Positions 1 through 9,985 of a stretch of 64,000 nt of DNA are shown here, piece after piece. Each line of letters begins with the position of its first letter. Position 1 is the stretch's first letter. The position numbers and the translations under genes were made by a program. The DNA is from a virus. The stretch lies in the IMG/VR virus record IMGVR_UViG_3300046328_000321, positions 1 through 64,000 of that record; one strand, 5' to 3'. Below the pieces are notes generated by a model, which did not search any database, was not told where the DNA came from, and saw only the letters and a program-made list of their open reading frames with translations.

Positions 1-1
1 A

Positions 2-181
2 GCCTGGTATCTGAATGGTCAATGTCATCGTGAAGATGGACCTGCTATCGAATATGCGAATGGTGATAAGCGTTGGTACGTTGAAGATAAGCTCCATCGT
101 ATCGATGGACCTGCTATCGAATATGCGAATGGTACTAAAGAATACTGGCTCCATGGTGTTGAACAGGATCCACCTGGTTAA
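2..181 (+). CDS. 3' end of HRxDGPAxE 22-aa repeat protein (partial, copy 1)
   Basis: Frame 2 reads AWYLNGQCHREDGPAIEYANGDKRWYVEDKLHRIDGPAIEYANGTKEYWLHGVEQDPPG*; same repeat and C-terminal cap as the other copies. Confidence 0.9.
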   Translation, partial: AWYLNGQCHREDGPAIEYANGDKRWYVEDKLHRIDGPAIEYANGTKEYWLHGVEQDPPG

Positions 182-190
182 CTGATATAA

Positions 191-230
191 ATATATACAC
201 AGCCTGATAAGCTGTGTATATTTTTTTTTT
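191..230 (+). terminator. Intrinsic terminator shared by repeat-protein cassettes
   Basis: tatacacagc-ctgataa-gctgtgtata followed by a T-run; near-identical at ~22570, ~32782, ~33348, ~46800. Confidence 0.85.
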
Positions 231-331
231 CCTGTTTGTAAACTATTTTAGTCACATATATTCTATTTGAGCTATCGCTGTAGTTTAATTCACATCTCTG
301 TGAAACTATCAGCCAAGGAGATAGACATGAC
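231..331 (+). promoter_or_regulatory. Repeated promoter + leader hairpin + RBS module (type B)
   Basis: tgtaaactat..gtcacatatattctatttgag...tatcagccaaggagatagacATGAC; second copy at 32819-32920. Confidence 0.7.
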
Positions 332-647
332 ACAAGCATACAAAGCTTTCTTTGGTGGTATCAACGCCACCTGTCAGTTTGGCAACGAGGGCGACATGGA
401 CTTCACCAAATCTGCTGAGGTGGTGATCATTGGAAACAAAGGTTCAGCATTTGCTGAGACTTATCTGGTCTTGGACAAGACCAATGGTAAGCTCGGTCGG
501 GCCACGAAGGCAGCAGATGATGAGATCACTGCAACATATTACTGCACCGACGCCCGTAAAATTGGACCCAACTGGTCCATTGACAAATGTCTGGTAAGTC
601 TCGGTTTTAGTGAAGTAATGTCTTCGGAAATTCAAACTCACATGTAA
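327..647 (+). CDS. Hypothetical early protein (106 aa)
   Basis: AAGGAG RBS before ATG at 327 (the TTG start at 267 lies in the regulatory module); followed by a terminator at 662-701. Confidence 0.7.
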   Translation: MTQAYKAFFGGINATCQFGNEGDMDFTKSAEVVIIGNKGSAFAETYLVLDKTNGKLGRATKAADDEITATYYCTDARKIGPNWSIDKCLVSLGFSEVMSSEIQTHM

Positions 648-705
648 AAACATGTGAGAAAATAACACCCTAGCCCAAAAGGCCGGGGGTGTTATTTTTT
701 TTTGT

Positions 706-2925
706 TTATGTGCGTGTTGCGTTTGTGGCGCCAGATGCCACAGAGCTGCTACCCACCATATTCTCTACGATATTACCAATCACGGTCCAAGATAGAGCGC
801 CTGTGGTTAAAGTATCATGTACCACAGAAGACCATTCGGCCATAGAAGACATTCTGTTTAATCTAAGCATATGTTTAGCTATTCTCATTTTAGCTTTTGG
901 GATAGCAAACATTTGACTATATAGATCTTGTCCAGCCAATACAGCCAGGTAATCAGTTAAGATATTATCATCATCTAACGTCATCTCGATCGTCTTACCA
1001 AACATACCAGACGTTGTCAAAGGCATATGCATAATAGATGAAAGATCGACAATATTAAAACTTACATCCAAAGCTAAGGCATTACCTTTAGTATTGAAAG
1101 GTAGTGTAGAAGTGCCTCTGGTGACAGAAACAGATTCTATAATACCTAATTTAATTTGACACCTACCTCTGTCATAAAGTTGACATAACATAGGACTGGC
1201 ATAAGCAGATCTACCTGCTGAAATAGGTAATGCTCCAGCTAAAATCATACACAGTGGTATATAAATATTTTGCATTTGAGACATCACATTCCCATAAGGA
1301 CTGATCAATCTCATTTTATAAGATCCACTTGGTAACTTAGCATTTGAATTTTGCCAGTGTTTAGGGATATCTATATAACCTGCACTCGCCAAACCTTGTA
1401 AAAAATCCGACATGCCAAACGTCACACCGCTGATCATACCCAGACTTAAATCCATAGCAGCACCAGCTACCTTCCCGATGGTGTTAGTAACAAAATTATC
1501 TATTAAGTTACCATCGGCCATAGAAAATCTAATATCTCTAATTTGAGAAGCTGTGCTGTTTAACTTTTGTGAGAGTTCAGATTCAGTCGTGACATTAGAA
1601 AAAGATTCTGAGACACTACCTGTACTATCTACTTTAAAAACAGCAAATTGAGAACCTTGACGAAACTCAGCATCAAAATATTCTGCAAAACCAGGAGGTG
1701 ACTCTTTTAATTCAGCACCTTCTTTGGAATCTTTATCTATACGAGGATCTAATTCAGACTGAGATTCTTTTACAGCGGGACCATCACCACTGGGTGATGT
1801 TGCATTTTTATTATCAGACTTACTGGTAAAATAGCTGCTGGTCATCAAGACACTATTTACCCAATTATAAAGACTGCTAATAACACCTGTATTAACCAAA
1901 TCACTTGTAAATACACTGTCTCGTTTTTTTAGATAACCCACCCATTCTTCCGCCGAGTCTATGTTTTGTGCTGCTTCATATTCTGCTTGAAAAACACGAT
2001 TAGCGGTTCTTTGCGCTTTAGAGGCAATTGCAAATACATCAATATAGTTAGCATTACCATTAACACCTGTAAACATATCAGGCATCAAAGCAGATATTTC
2101 TTTAAGGTATTCCAGATCTAACTCAAAAGGTTGACCGCCTAATTTCTGAGCTTTACCATCTCTTAAAATTTTAGGTAATAGACCTCTATTAATAGCGATG
2201 CTATTAACCAAAATGTTAACAGCTGACCAATACATGTGCATGGTTGGTTTCAATGTGTAAAACTTTGTAGTTGGTCTACCAAATACAGCAGTCGTCACAT
2301 TACCTAAAAATACAGCCAAAGCAATCGGTGGAAAGGCTCTGGCTCCTACAAATGTACCTACTGCATCTCCTAGGTTATAAAAGAAACCCATACCTCGACC
2401 TGTTTTAGCAAGTGTGGTCATATTAGCATCGTAGGCTCTGGCGAAGAAATTTAACAGTCCATTAAACTGAGGTACACCAAATCTCAGAAATATAGTTTGA
2501 CTGGGATCGTCTATAGCCTCTGAATAATAACGACCCATACCAGAATCTCTGACAGATCCCACACTGGGTAATTTAAAAACAGATTTATTTCTACCTTGTC
2601 TGATATCAGCATAAGGTGTAAATCCAGGTCTTGCGTTAATACCGATGTTATTACCTAGTTTCGTACTAGTGAACTTCATCGAAGCTGAAGTATAGTATCT
2701 ATTTTTCTTATCAGCAAGATCTGTAATAGCAGCATCGGAAACCATGAATGCTTGTTTGACCCAATCTTCATCTTTATAAAAAGAAGTTGTGTCTCTTGCT
2801 AGCTGTTGTGTGGGAAAGATACTCGTATTGTCTGTTGTTTCGACAATACGAGTATCAGGTGTCAAATTTTCTGCCATGATTTTACCTTTACGGATAAAGA
2901 TGGACAGGCTATATAGCCCGTCCAT
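706..2925 (-). CDS. Virion structural/baseplate-hub protein (phiKZ gp182-like)
   Basis: ~720-740 aa ORF directly downstream of the tape-measure lysin, matching phiKZ-type synteny; start may be 2877. Confidence 0.6.
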   Translation of the reverse strand: MDGLYSLSIFIRKGKIMAENLTPDTRIVETTDNTSIFPTQQLARDTTSFYKDEDWVKQAFMVSDAAITDLADKKNRYYTSASMKFTSTKLGNNIGINARPGFTPYADIRQGRNKSVFKLPSVGSVRDSGMGRYYSEAIDDPSQTIFLRFGVPQFNGLLNFFARAYDANMTTLAKTGRGMGFFYNLGDAVGTFVGARAFPPIALAVFLGNVTTAVFGRPTTKFYTLKPTMHMYWSAVNILVNSIAINRGLLPKILRDGKAQKLGGQPFELDLEYLKEISALMPDMFTGVNGNANYIDVFAIASKAQRTANRVFQAEYEAAQNIDSAEEWVGYLKKRDSVFTSDLVNTGVISSLYNWVNSVLMTSSYFTSKSDNKNATSPSGDGPAVKESQSELDPRIDKDSKEGAELKESPPGFAEYFDAEFRQGSQFAVFKVDSTGSVSESFSNVTTESELSQKLNSTASQIRDIRFSMADGNLIDNFVTNTIGKVAGAAMDLSLGMISGVTFGMSDFLQGLASAGYIDIPKHWQNSNAKLPSGSYKMRLISPYGNVMSQMQNIYIPLCMILAGALPISAGRSAYASPMLCQLYDRGRCQIKLGIIESVSVTRGTSTLPFNTKGNALALDVSFNIVDLSSIMHMPLTTSGMFGKTIEMTLDDDNILTDYLAVLAGQDLYSQMFAIPKAKMRIAKHMLRLNRMSSMAEWSSVVHDTLTTGALSWTVIGNIVENMVGSSSVASGATNATRT

Positions 2926-2932
2926 CTGTGAT

Positions 2933-5900
2933 TTAAGTGGCTCTTCTTCTGAGATCTAAAGCTGGATTAGGTAAAATTTCTTTACCTGCATTAGGTATGC
3001 GACCAGTGGAAGGAGTTTCCTGTACGGGAGTACTCTTTTCTCCACTACCAGATCTGTTAGACATAAGTCCATGTATTTTACTAAGAACTTCCAACATTTG
3101 TTTTTGGACATTCAGAGAATCACCTAGATTACTATTCACAGTATTAAGATCCACACCAATATTTTTACTGGCGTCTGCGACAGGTTTTGAAGCTGTCTGT
3201 AGATCTGGAGCTTGCTGGAACGTAGTAAAAGATTTCTTTTGAGGGACATCTTGTTGATATGAGGTATTCTGAAAACCCGCAGAATTACTTATAGGACCAT
3301 AAGACTGTTCTATAGTTGTAGAACCAGAATCAGTTAAAACTTTAGCAACAGGAACATTTGCTTCTTGTTTAGGTTTTAACATACCTGCTACTTTACCACC
3401 TGCCTTAACCACTTTCTTTTTAAAGATCTCATAGATCTCTGCAAGTGTGCGTGGTCTGCGACCTTCAAAGAATATTTCTTTATTAGACGATGCAGCAGCT
3501 GGAAATAGTTGCGAGCCTGGTACATTAGGATGAGTCGACAAGAATCTACTTGCTCCATTCACACCTAAAAAATGTGCTAGATAAAGATCTAAGTCGTCAG
3601 GATTTTCTTTGACTTTTTTCAATATCTCTATATTACTCTTTATATACTCGGCAGCCAATAAACTACTGGCTCTAGGGTCTGTGGGAGAAACATCACCTAA
3701 ACTATATTTTTTACCGTGTTTTCTAAGCTGCTCTCTCCAAGTGTCTCTGGTAAATTGAAATAAACCTGTAGCAGAAGACCTTGGATTCTTTGCGTCTGGA
3801 TTCATATTCGATTCAATTGTGGCAAATGTTTTTAATGTCTTTGCATCCACACCTGTTTGAGAAGCAGCTTTTTCAATAATACTACCAATGTCGGTGGATC
3901 CACTATCTTCAGAATTAGTTAATTTACCATCTTCTGAATATTTCAATATTGTAGAAGTAGCATCTTTTGCTACTTTAATAGAAGATTCACCATACATGCC
4001 TGTAAAATTACCCATGGCATCATGTATGCCAATATCACCAATAGAAACATTTTCTTTAATTGGTGTTTTAGTTTCCTTAGTGGTTGTAGTTTTATCATCA
4101 GTCTTAGATGTATTCATGGTCTTATTGACCAAACTAATTTCATTTTCAGTTAACTGATTGTTAATTGTACCTGTGGTAGTAGCTTCTAATAAAGCTCTTG
4201 CCATGTCATAATTTCTACCTTTGAGACCACCTTGCATGATGGTACCATAACCACCACCGCCTCTACCGACACCATATTGAATTAAATTGGTAGCTGTGTC
4301 TGGATCTTTTATAGATCCCGTTAGAGATAACTGAATACCAGCTGGTTCTACGTGCCAAGGTTCAGAACCCACAGGACGAGTAAATCCGTACTTCTTGGTC
4401 AGTCCCATTTTTTCTAATTCAGCCATGATACCTCTGTCGATATCCATAGCCAAACCAAATTCATGTAAAGATTTTCCAGGAGGTGCTGACGTGCCAGGAT
4501 TTCTTCTATATATCTCAGCTTGTTTAGCATAAGAACGATATGCATCATTGATAGTGATCTTCTTACCAGTGATCTCCCCATATTCTTGAGCCATAGCCAG
4601 AAGATTTTTATACATCTCTGGATTCATATTCTCTATATTAACACCAGTCTTCAAACTGATATATTGCATACCTGTGCTACCATCTCTCATCGCACCATTG
4701 GCCAAAGGAGGAGTCTTCACACCACCTACAGCACCGGTTTGATTACTTACAGCACCTGCTTTGTCATTTACCTTACCATCTTCAGAACCCAAAATGTTAG
4801 GATCTACTGAGATAGGTTTTTTTGGTTTAATAATATTTTTTTCTTCTGGTGTGGGCAGCATCGGAGTATGTTTCTTAGAAACTTTCTCGTCAGTATGACC
4901 GGTATTATTACCCATAGCGTCTGTTTCAGACATTGGCATTTTTATTTCATCAGAGACTTTAGCAATCAAAGTTTTGATGACAGATCTTACCAACTCTCTG
5001 TTGTCAGATAACGTGGGTATTTCATTTATAGGGCTAACGTTAGCATCGTGAGGACCATCGTCAAAAGCCGTTAGTTCCAGATACTTTTTACGCTCTTCTG
5101 GTTTTAACTTTTCAATTTTATTTAAGGGACTACCTTTTCTAATACTGTTTAAAACTCTTAAGTGGTTAATGAAGAAGAATTTAAAACGATCTTTAAACCA
5201 TGTTTGTAGTTTTTGAGTTTGTTCTTTATTTTCTTCACTGACTCCAAATATAGAAGCCACGTCTTTCCATTCCAAAGAAGTGTTAATTTTAACATCATTG
5301 CCTGAAACAACAACGTGTTTATCTAACAACATATTTTCAAGCTCTATCATTTTGTAATGATTCTGAGCATGTTTGGGTTCATTGTTTAAACCGTATTGAT
5401 GCACACGGTAGAGCTCATACTTAGACAGATTGTTTCTGGTCAGGTATTCATAACCTTTATAAGTACCATAAGCGGTAGCGCCTATAACCATAGCCGCAAG
5501 TACTGGAGGAGATAGCAATAAAGTCATAGCAGTTCCACCCACAGCAGCAATAGCGCCAAAGGTGCTACCCATGGTACCAGCAGCCAACACGCCTGTGATA
5601 GCTGGCAGAGCCTTGGCTATAGTAGGCAGGTTAGTAACAGCAGCGGTACCTAAAGTAAATATACCTTTATCTAGAAATTTACTTATAAAACCAACATCTT
5701 TTACTAAAGACCAGACACCACCAACAAGCGATCCTGCACCAGAAATAAGTATGCCAAGTTTATCTATGATCCCTTTAAGCATACTACCTTCTTTATACTT
5801 TACGGTCATATCTGGTTCAGCAGCATCTTTACTTTTTTTAGATTGAGTAACTTTACCATTACCAGCCTCAACACCGTTTCGCATTTTGGTCAGTCTGTCC

Positions 5901-8900
5901 AACCAAGATCCATCTCTGTTACCGCCTCCATCTTTGTCGTTCAATTTCTCTTTGGCTTTCTGACCGCGTTTAGCAGCGATACGAGCCATACGCTCTAACC
6001 TACTACCCTTGTCAGCTTTACCAGGTATAGCTATCTTCTCAGATGCTTTTTCATCGAGTTGATCCTTAATAGCTCCTACACGCTCTTTACCTTCTATGAT
6101 TTTGTCTTTGACAGACTTACTCATAGATCCTAAGAATCCCAAAGCTTTGCCAGTAAGAGACTTCTTATCAGGCATAGGTCCTATGAAAGATTCTTTATGG
6201 GCTTGGTAAGCTTGTAGTTTTTCTTGTACATGTTTCTCAGCACTTTCTGCTTTTGATCTCAAGTATTGTCTGATAGATCCAGGTTTGTTCTCAGTTTCTT
6301 TTTTATCTTCGGTCTTATCCTTAGACTTAAAGTACTTGTCTTTGAACTCTGAATATTTCTTACTGAAAGAGAATTTCTCTTCACCAGGCTGAGGACCGAC
6401 AAACTCTTCTTGAAACTTGGCTTGTTCCTTAATAGTCTTGCGTTCTTCTTTTCGTTTGGCTATATTAGCCAAACGTTCTTCTCTGGTGTCTTTTTCTTTT
6501 TTGACAGGTTTCTTATCTTGTTCAGTGGTTGTTTTTTGATCGCCTATACCAAAGTAACCACCTACTTTACTCAACAGACCTTTGGCTTGTTTACCTTGAT
6601 CTGTATCGTCGAACAATTTTCTTAAAGCTGAGAAAGACTTTTCAGTACCGCCTGTATTGGTGCCTTCTTTTACAACTTGTTCAGTTGTTTCAGAATCTTT
6701 TTCACCTTTACGTTTTTTCTTTTTACCCCAGTTCTTGAGTATGTCTTTAATCTCATTCAGGGTATCCAATATTTTCTTGTTACCGAATCCGATACCTAAG
6801 TTGCTTGTATCAAAACTTTTAAAGGCTTTATTGGCTAATTGCCAAGCACCAGAAGCCACAGCTCCTAACACCTTAGCACCGAACTTAACGATGGTTTTAC
6901 CACCTGTATAAAGGTTTCTTAAAGAAGATTTGATGGATCTTCCTTTGATATCCACAAGACCTCTAATGATATCAGCGTTAGAGAGTATGATGTTACCGGC
7001 TTTGTCTACGACTTCACCTTTGATATCAGAATACTTTTTTATCACGGTACCAGAAGCTTTGTCGTAATATTCACCAGATTCAGCCAAGATCTTTTTTATC
7101 TTGGGCATGGCTTCGCCCTTGACATAGATATCAGCATCAATAAAGACATCTCTCACTATACCAAGAACAGCACCTGCACCTTTGAAGACACTACTGGTTA
7201 TTCGTTCAAGACCTTTATAACCCATCTCACCGACGTTCATGATAAGGTCTTTACCGAGATTACCTACAGTTCTTACTGTCTTATCTATTTTATCTCTGGA
7301 TTCATAGATCTTGTTAACACCGGTACCTATGGTACTTAGAGTACCTTTAGTGACTTTACCAGCTAAAGATAAACCAAATCTACCTGTACCCAACACAGCA
7401 TCTTTGACAAGTCTGCCTGCTGTCACGGCTGAATCACCAAAAGAACCAAAGAAGTTTTTATCTATCGTTAGACCTGGTATGGACAATATAGTCAATTTAC
7501 CTAAAGCATCTAGCTTGTCTAACGATGTTTTTGTATGTTCTGAAATAAGTCTTAGGTATTCAGTCTGAGTACCAGCCATCTCCTTTAACCCATCCATATC
7601 CCCAGATTTAAGTTTAGATAGATCATCAACTTTTTGATTGACTTCTTGTATAGCCGCCATGTTCATACCGTTCATGGTAACCAGATCTATCTTTCTACCA
7701 TCTGGAGCGGCCTCTTCACCCAAGTTACGTTTAACGTCTTGAGCCATGGGTCCTATTTTAGGACTATTGGAATCTTCACCTAAACCTTGTTTATAATTCC
7801 AATTAAAAATTGGAACATTTTTCATAGATGATAAAATGGATCTTCCATTAAAACCAGGTATAACTCTACCATCGTACTTACTAATATTAGTTTTAGTATT
7901 TACGTCAGATGTTGCTATGCGTTGAGCAGCAGTTGTGTCTTTAATAAATTTTAAATATTTGTCCATAACGACGGTATATTTACCATCGCTATTCATTTTG
8001 ATAATACCTGCATTAATCAGTGCTTTATCTTGACCTGCTTCAAGATACTTACTAATGACATCCTGAACGTCAGGAGTAGCCCCTCTAATACTATCTATTT
8101 CGTTTGTAAAGGCAGTACTTGCTTTAAATCTATCTCGATTACCCTCAGCTTCCATCTTTCTAAAAATAGATTCAGCAACTTTTGCTCTGGTGCTGGAAGA
8201 CATCTTTTTGAAATCATCGTCTTCAATTATACTGTCTAAAGATGTATTATTATTTTTACCTGTAGCAAAATCAGCTAAGAATTGTTTAAACTCTTCACGC
8301 TCTGCTTCATCAGCATCTTCACCAAGTATTTTATCAGTTATATCGGCAATAGTCCTATTGAAACCATAAGAACGATTTTCAACAGCTTCTTTAATACTAT
8401 TTTGTATTTCAGCATCTAAGTCAGATTGAGTTTTAAATTCACCCTTGACCTGATCATAAACCAGAAGAGAACTGTTTCTTCCTTGAGTCCTTGTCATTCT
8501 CAATTCTTGATGAATTCTAGATAAATAACCAGGAATGATTTCAGTCACACTAAGTAACATACTACTATCTGACTGTGCCTTAGCACCAGGTACATCAGAA
8601 GCAAATAATTTCTTAGCATTTAGTCTATCCTCAGGACCTGTTTTATTCCCCATGTCTAATATCTCATCGAAGGTCTCGAATAGAAATCTCTTAAAGAAAT
8701 TGTTACTCTGTAAACCATTCTTCATATCCTGACTTTTCTTGAGCTTATCTATATACTTGTAAGGATTGGCAATCATACTCTGCCATTTCTCACCAGTCAT
8801 TTTAAGATCAGGGAATTCTTTTTCTAGTTGTTTTCTGAGTTCTGGAGTCAATAAGTTTCTGAGACTATTTATACCCATGGCACCCAATTGCTCACCAAAG

Positions 8901-9943
8901 AACTGAGCATTACTACCACCCATCTGACTGTTCATGTCCATACCCATCTCAACCATCTCTATACCAGAGACACCTTGTTGGATACCTTCAGATATTTCAG
9001 AAACTTTTTGACCAATATAAGGTGTCAATCTGTTGAAGAAGTTATCAACAAAGTTATTTTTACCAAATAACTTATCAGCTATTTTACCTGTAGTACGTTT
9101 AGCAAGTTCTTCTCTAAACAACTCATTCTTATGTATCTTTAAGAATTCAGGTAAAGCTGTATTCTTAGCAATTATATCGAACTGTTTGGTTGTAACTTCT
9201 TGATACTTACGACTATAGTCAACCAATTCTTTCTGAACAAAGAATGAGCGCATTTGTAACTCTAAACTTTTCTTTTGAAAAGCCTGAGTGATATTATCAT
9301 TGTAACTGGTTAGTCTGGCAATGTTATCATGGATACCACCTAACACACCAATCTCAGAATCAAAACGTTTCTTTTCAACACCTTCTCTGATGTTGTTTTG
9401 AGCGTTTTGCCTAGCTGTTATTTGACCCTGTACCTCCTGATTGGCCGCAAAGACTCCAGCGATAGTGCTTTGGATACTTTGCTCAAGTTGGTTATCACCG
9501 GATCCATTACTTATCTGATCTTTACCACCCGTGGCCTCAAGAAACTTATCGGTCATTCTTCGAAAGAAACCGTCTTCTTGAGGTACAAGCTTATCTATCT
9601 TTTTACCTAAGCTATTCAGCTGAGGTTTTAATTCCCGGATAGTTTCATCATATAGCCTGGTAGACCTACTGATAACTTTATCCGCTGTGGTAAAACTAGC
9701 ACCGTAAGACTCTGGCAGTACCTTTTCAAGTGTATCTGTCAGAAATTGAGGACTAGATAATTCACTGGCTGCTCCAGAGATAGTACCTTTGAATACCTCA
9801 GTAACAGGATTTCTGTTTTTAGGTTGTTGAGATTCAGGTGATAATTCACCTGAAAGATCATCCATACCAAAGTCATCTAAATCGAGATCGTCATCTAAAT
9901 CAAATTCATCTCGTTTTAGTTTTTTCTTAACGTCTTTAGCCAT
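2933..9943 (-). CDS. Tape-measure/tail-associated lysin (phiKZ gp181-like) with internal S74-like, M15 peptidase and lytic transglycosylase domains
   Basis: 2336 aa; SLT motif IESNMNPDAKNPRSSATGLFQF; M15 motifs SLHEFGLAMD and EPWH; divergent from the RNAP beta' gene as in phiKZ. Confidence 0.85.
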   Translation of the reverse strand: MAKDVKKKLKRDEFDLDDDLDLDDFGMDDLSGELSPESQQPKNRNPVTEVFKGTISGAASELSSPQFLTDTLEKVLPESYGASFTTADKVISRSTRLYDETIRELKPQLNSLGKKIDKLVPQEDGFFRRMTDKFLEATGGKDQISNGSGDNQLEQSIQSTIAGVFAANQEVQGQITARQNAQNNIREGVEKKRFDSEIGVLGGIHDNIARLTSYNDNITQAFQKKSLELQMRSFFVQKELVDYSRKYQEVTTKQFDIIAKNTALPEFLKIHKNELFREELAKRTTGKIADKLFGKNNFVDNFFNRLTPYIGQKVSEISEGIQQGVSGIEMVEMGMDMNSQMGGSNAQFFGEQLGAMGINSLRNLLTPELRKQLEKEFPDLKMTGEKWQSMIANPYKYIDKLKKSQDMKNGLQSNNFFKRFLFETFDEILDMGNKTGPEDRLNAKKLFASDVPGAKAQSDSSMLLSVTEIIPGYLSRIHQELRMTRTQGRNSSLLVYDQVKGEFKTQSDLDAEIQNSIKEAVENRSYGFNRTIADITDKILGEDADEAEREEFKQFLADFATGKNNNTSLDSIIEDDDFKKMSSSTRAKVAESIFRKMEAEGNRDRFKASTAFTNEIDSIRGATPDVQDVISKYLEAGQDKALINAGIIKMNSDGKYTVVMDKYLKFIKDTTAAQRIATSDVNTKTNISKYDGRVIPGFNGRSILSSMKNVPIFNWNYKQGLGEDSNSPKIGPMAQDVKRNLGEEAAPDGRKIDLVTMNGMNMAAIQEVNQKVDDLSKLKSGDMDGLKEMAGTQTEYLRLISEHTKTSLDKLDALGKLTILSIPGLTIDKNFFGSFGDSAVTAGRLVKDAVLGTGRFGLSLAGKVTKGTLSTIGTGVNKIYESRDKIDKTVRTVGNLGKDLIMNVGEMGYKGLERITSSVFKGAGAVLGIVRDVFIDADIYVKGEAMPKIKKILAESGEYYDKASGTVIKKYSDIKGEVVDKAGNIILSNADIIRGLVDIKGRSIKSSLRNLYTGGKTIVKFGAKVLGAVASGAWQLANKAFKSFDTSNLGIGFGNKKILDTLNEIKDILKNWGKKKKRKGEKDSETTEQVVKEGTNTGGTEKSFSALRKLFDDTDQGKQAKGLLSKVGGYFGIGDQKTTTEQDKKPVKKEKDTREERLANIAKRKEERKTIKEQAKFQEEFVGPQPGEEKFSFSKKYSEFKDKYFKSKDKTEDKKETENKPGSIRQYLRSKAESAEKHVQEKLQAYQAHKESFIGPMPDKKSLTGKALGFLGSMSKSVKDKIIEGKERVGAIKDQLDEKASEKIAIPGKADKGSRLERMARIAAKRGQKAKEKLNDKDGGGNRDGSWLDRLTKMRNGVEAGNGKVTQSKKSKDAAEPDMTVKYKEGSMLKGIIDKLGILISGAGSLVGGVWSLVKDVGFISKFLDKGIFTLGTAAVTNLPTIAKALPAITGVLAAGTMGSTFGAIAAVGGTAMTLLLSPPVLAAMVIGATAYGTYKGYEYLTRNNLSKYELYRVHQYGLNNEPKHAQNHYKMIELENMLLDKHVVVSGNDVKINTSLEWKDVASIFGVSEENKEQTQKLQTWFKDRFKFFFINHLRVLNSIRKGSPLNKIEKLKPEERKKYLELTAFDDGPHDANVSPINEIPTLSDNRELVRSVIKTLIAKVSDEIKMPMSETDAMGNNTGHTDEKVSKKHTPMLPTPEEKNIIKPKKPISVDPNILGSEDGKVNDKAGAVSNQTGAVGGVKTPPLANGAMRDGSTGMQYISLKTGVNIENMNPEMYKNLLAMAQEYGEITGKKITINDAYRSYAKQAEIYRRNPGTSAPPGKSLHEFGLAMDIDRGIMAELEKMGLTKKYGFTRPVGSEPWHVEPAGIQLSLTGSIKDPDTATNLIQYGVGRGGGGYGTIMQGGLKGRNYDMARALLEATTTGTINNQLTENEISLVNKTMNTSKTDDKTTTTKETKTPIKENVSIGDIGIHDAMGNFTGMYGESSIKVAKDATSTILKYSEDGKLTNSEDSGSTDIGSIIEKAASQTGVDAKTLKTFATIESNMNPDAKNPRSSATGLFQFTRDTWREQLRKHGKKYSLGDVSPTDPRASSLLAAEYIKSNIEILKKVKENPDDLDLYLAHFLGVNGASRFLSTHPNVPGSQLFPAAASSNKEIFFEGRRPRTLAEIYEIFKKKVVKAGGKVAGMLKPKQEANVPVAKVLTDSGSTTIEQSYGPISNSAGFQNTSYQQDVPQKKSFTTFQQAPDLQTASKPVADASKNIGVDLNTVNSNLGDSLNVQKQMLEVLSKIHGLMSNRSGSGEKSTPVQETPSTGRIPNAGKEILPNPALDLRRRAT

Positions 9944-9985
9944 TTTTTGGTAATCCTTATTAGGCTGATTAATTTCATAGGATCA

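Noticed and set aside
191-230. Integron attC sites at cassette ends
   Set aside because: These hairpins are followed by T-runs like intrinsic terminators and lack RYYYAAC/GTTRRRY boxes; no integrase recognised in the window
2937-9610. Many short + strand ORFs opposite the tape-measure gene
   Set aside because: Antisense shadows of a long coding frame, with no recognisable motifs
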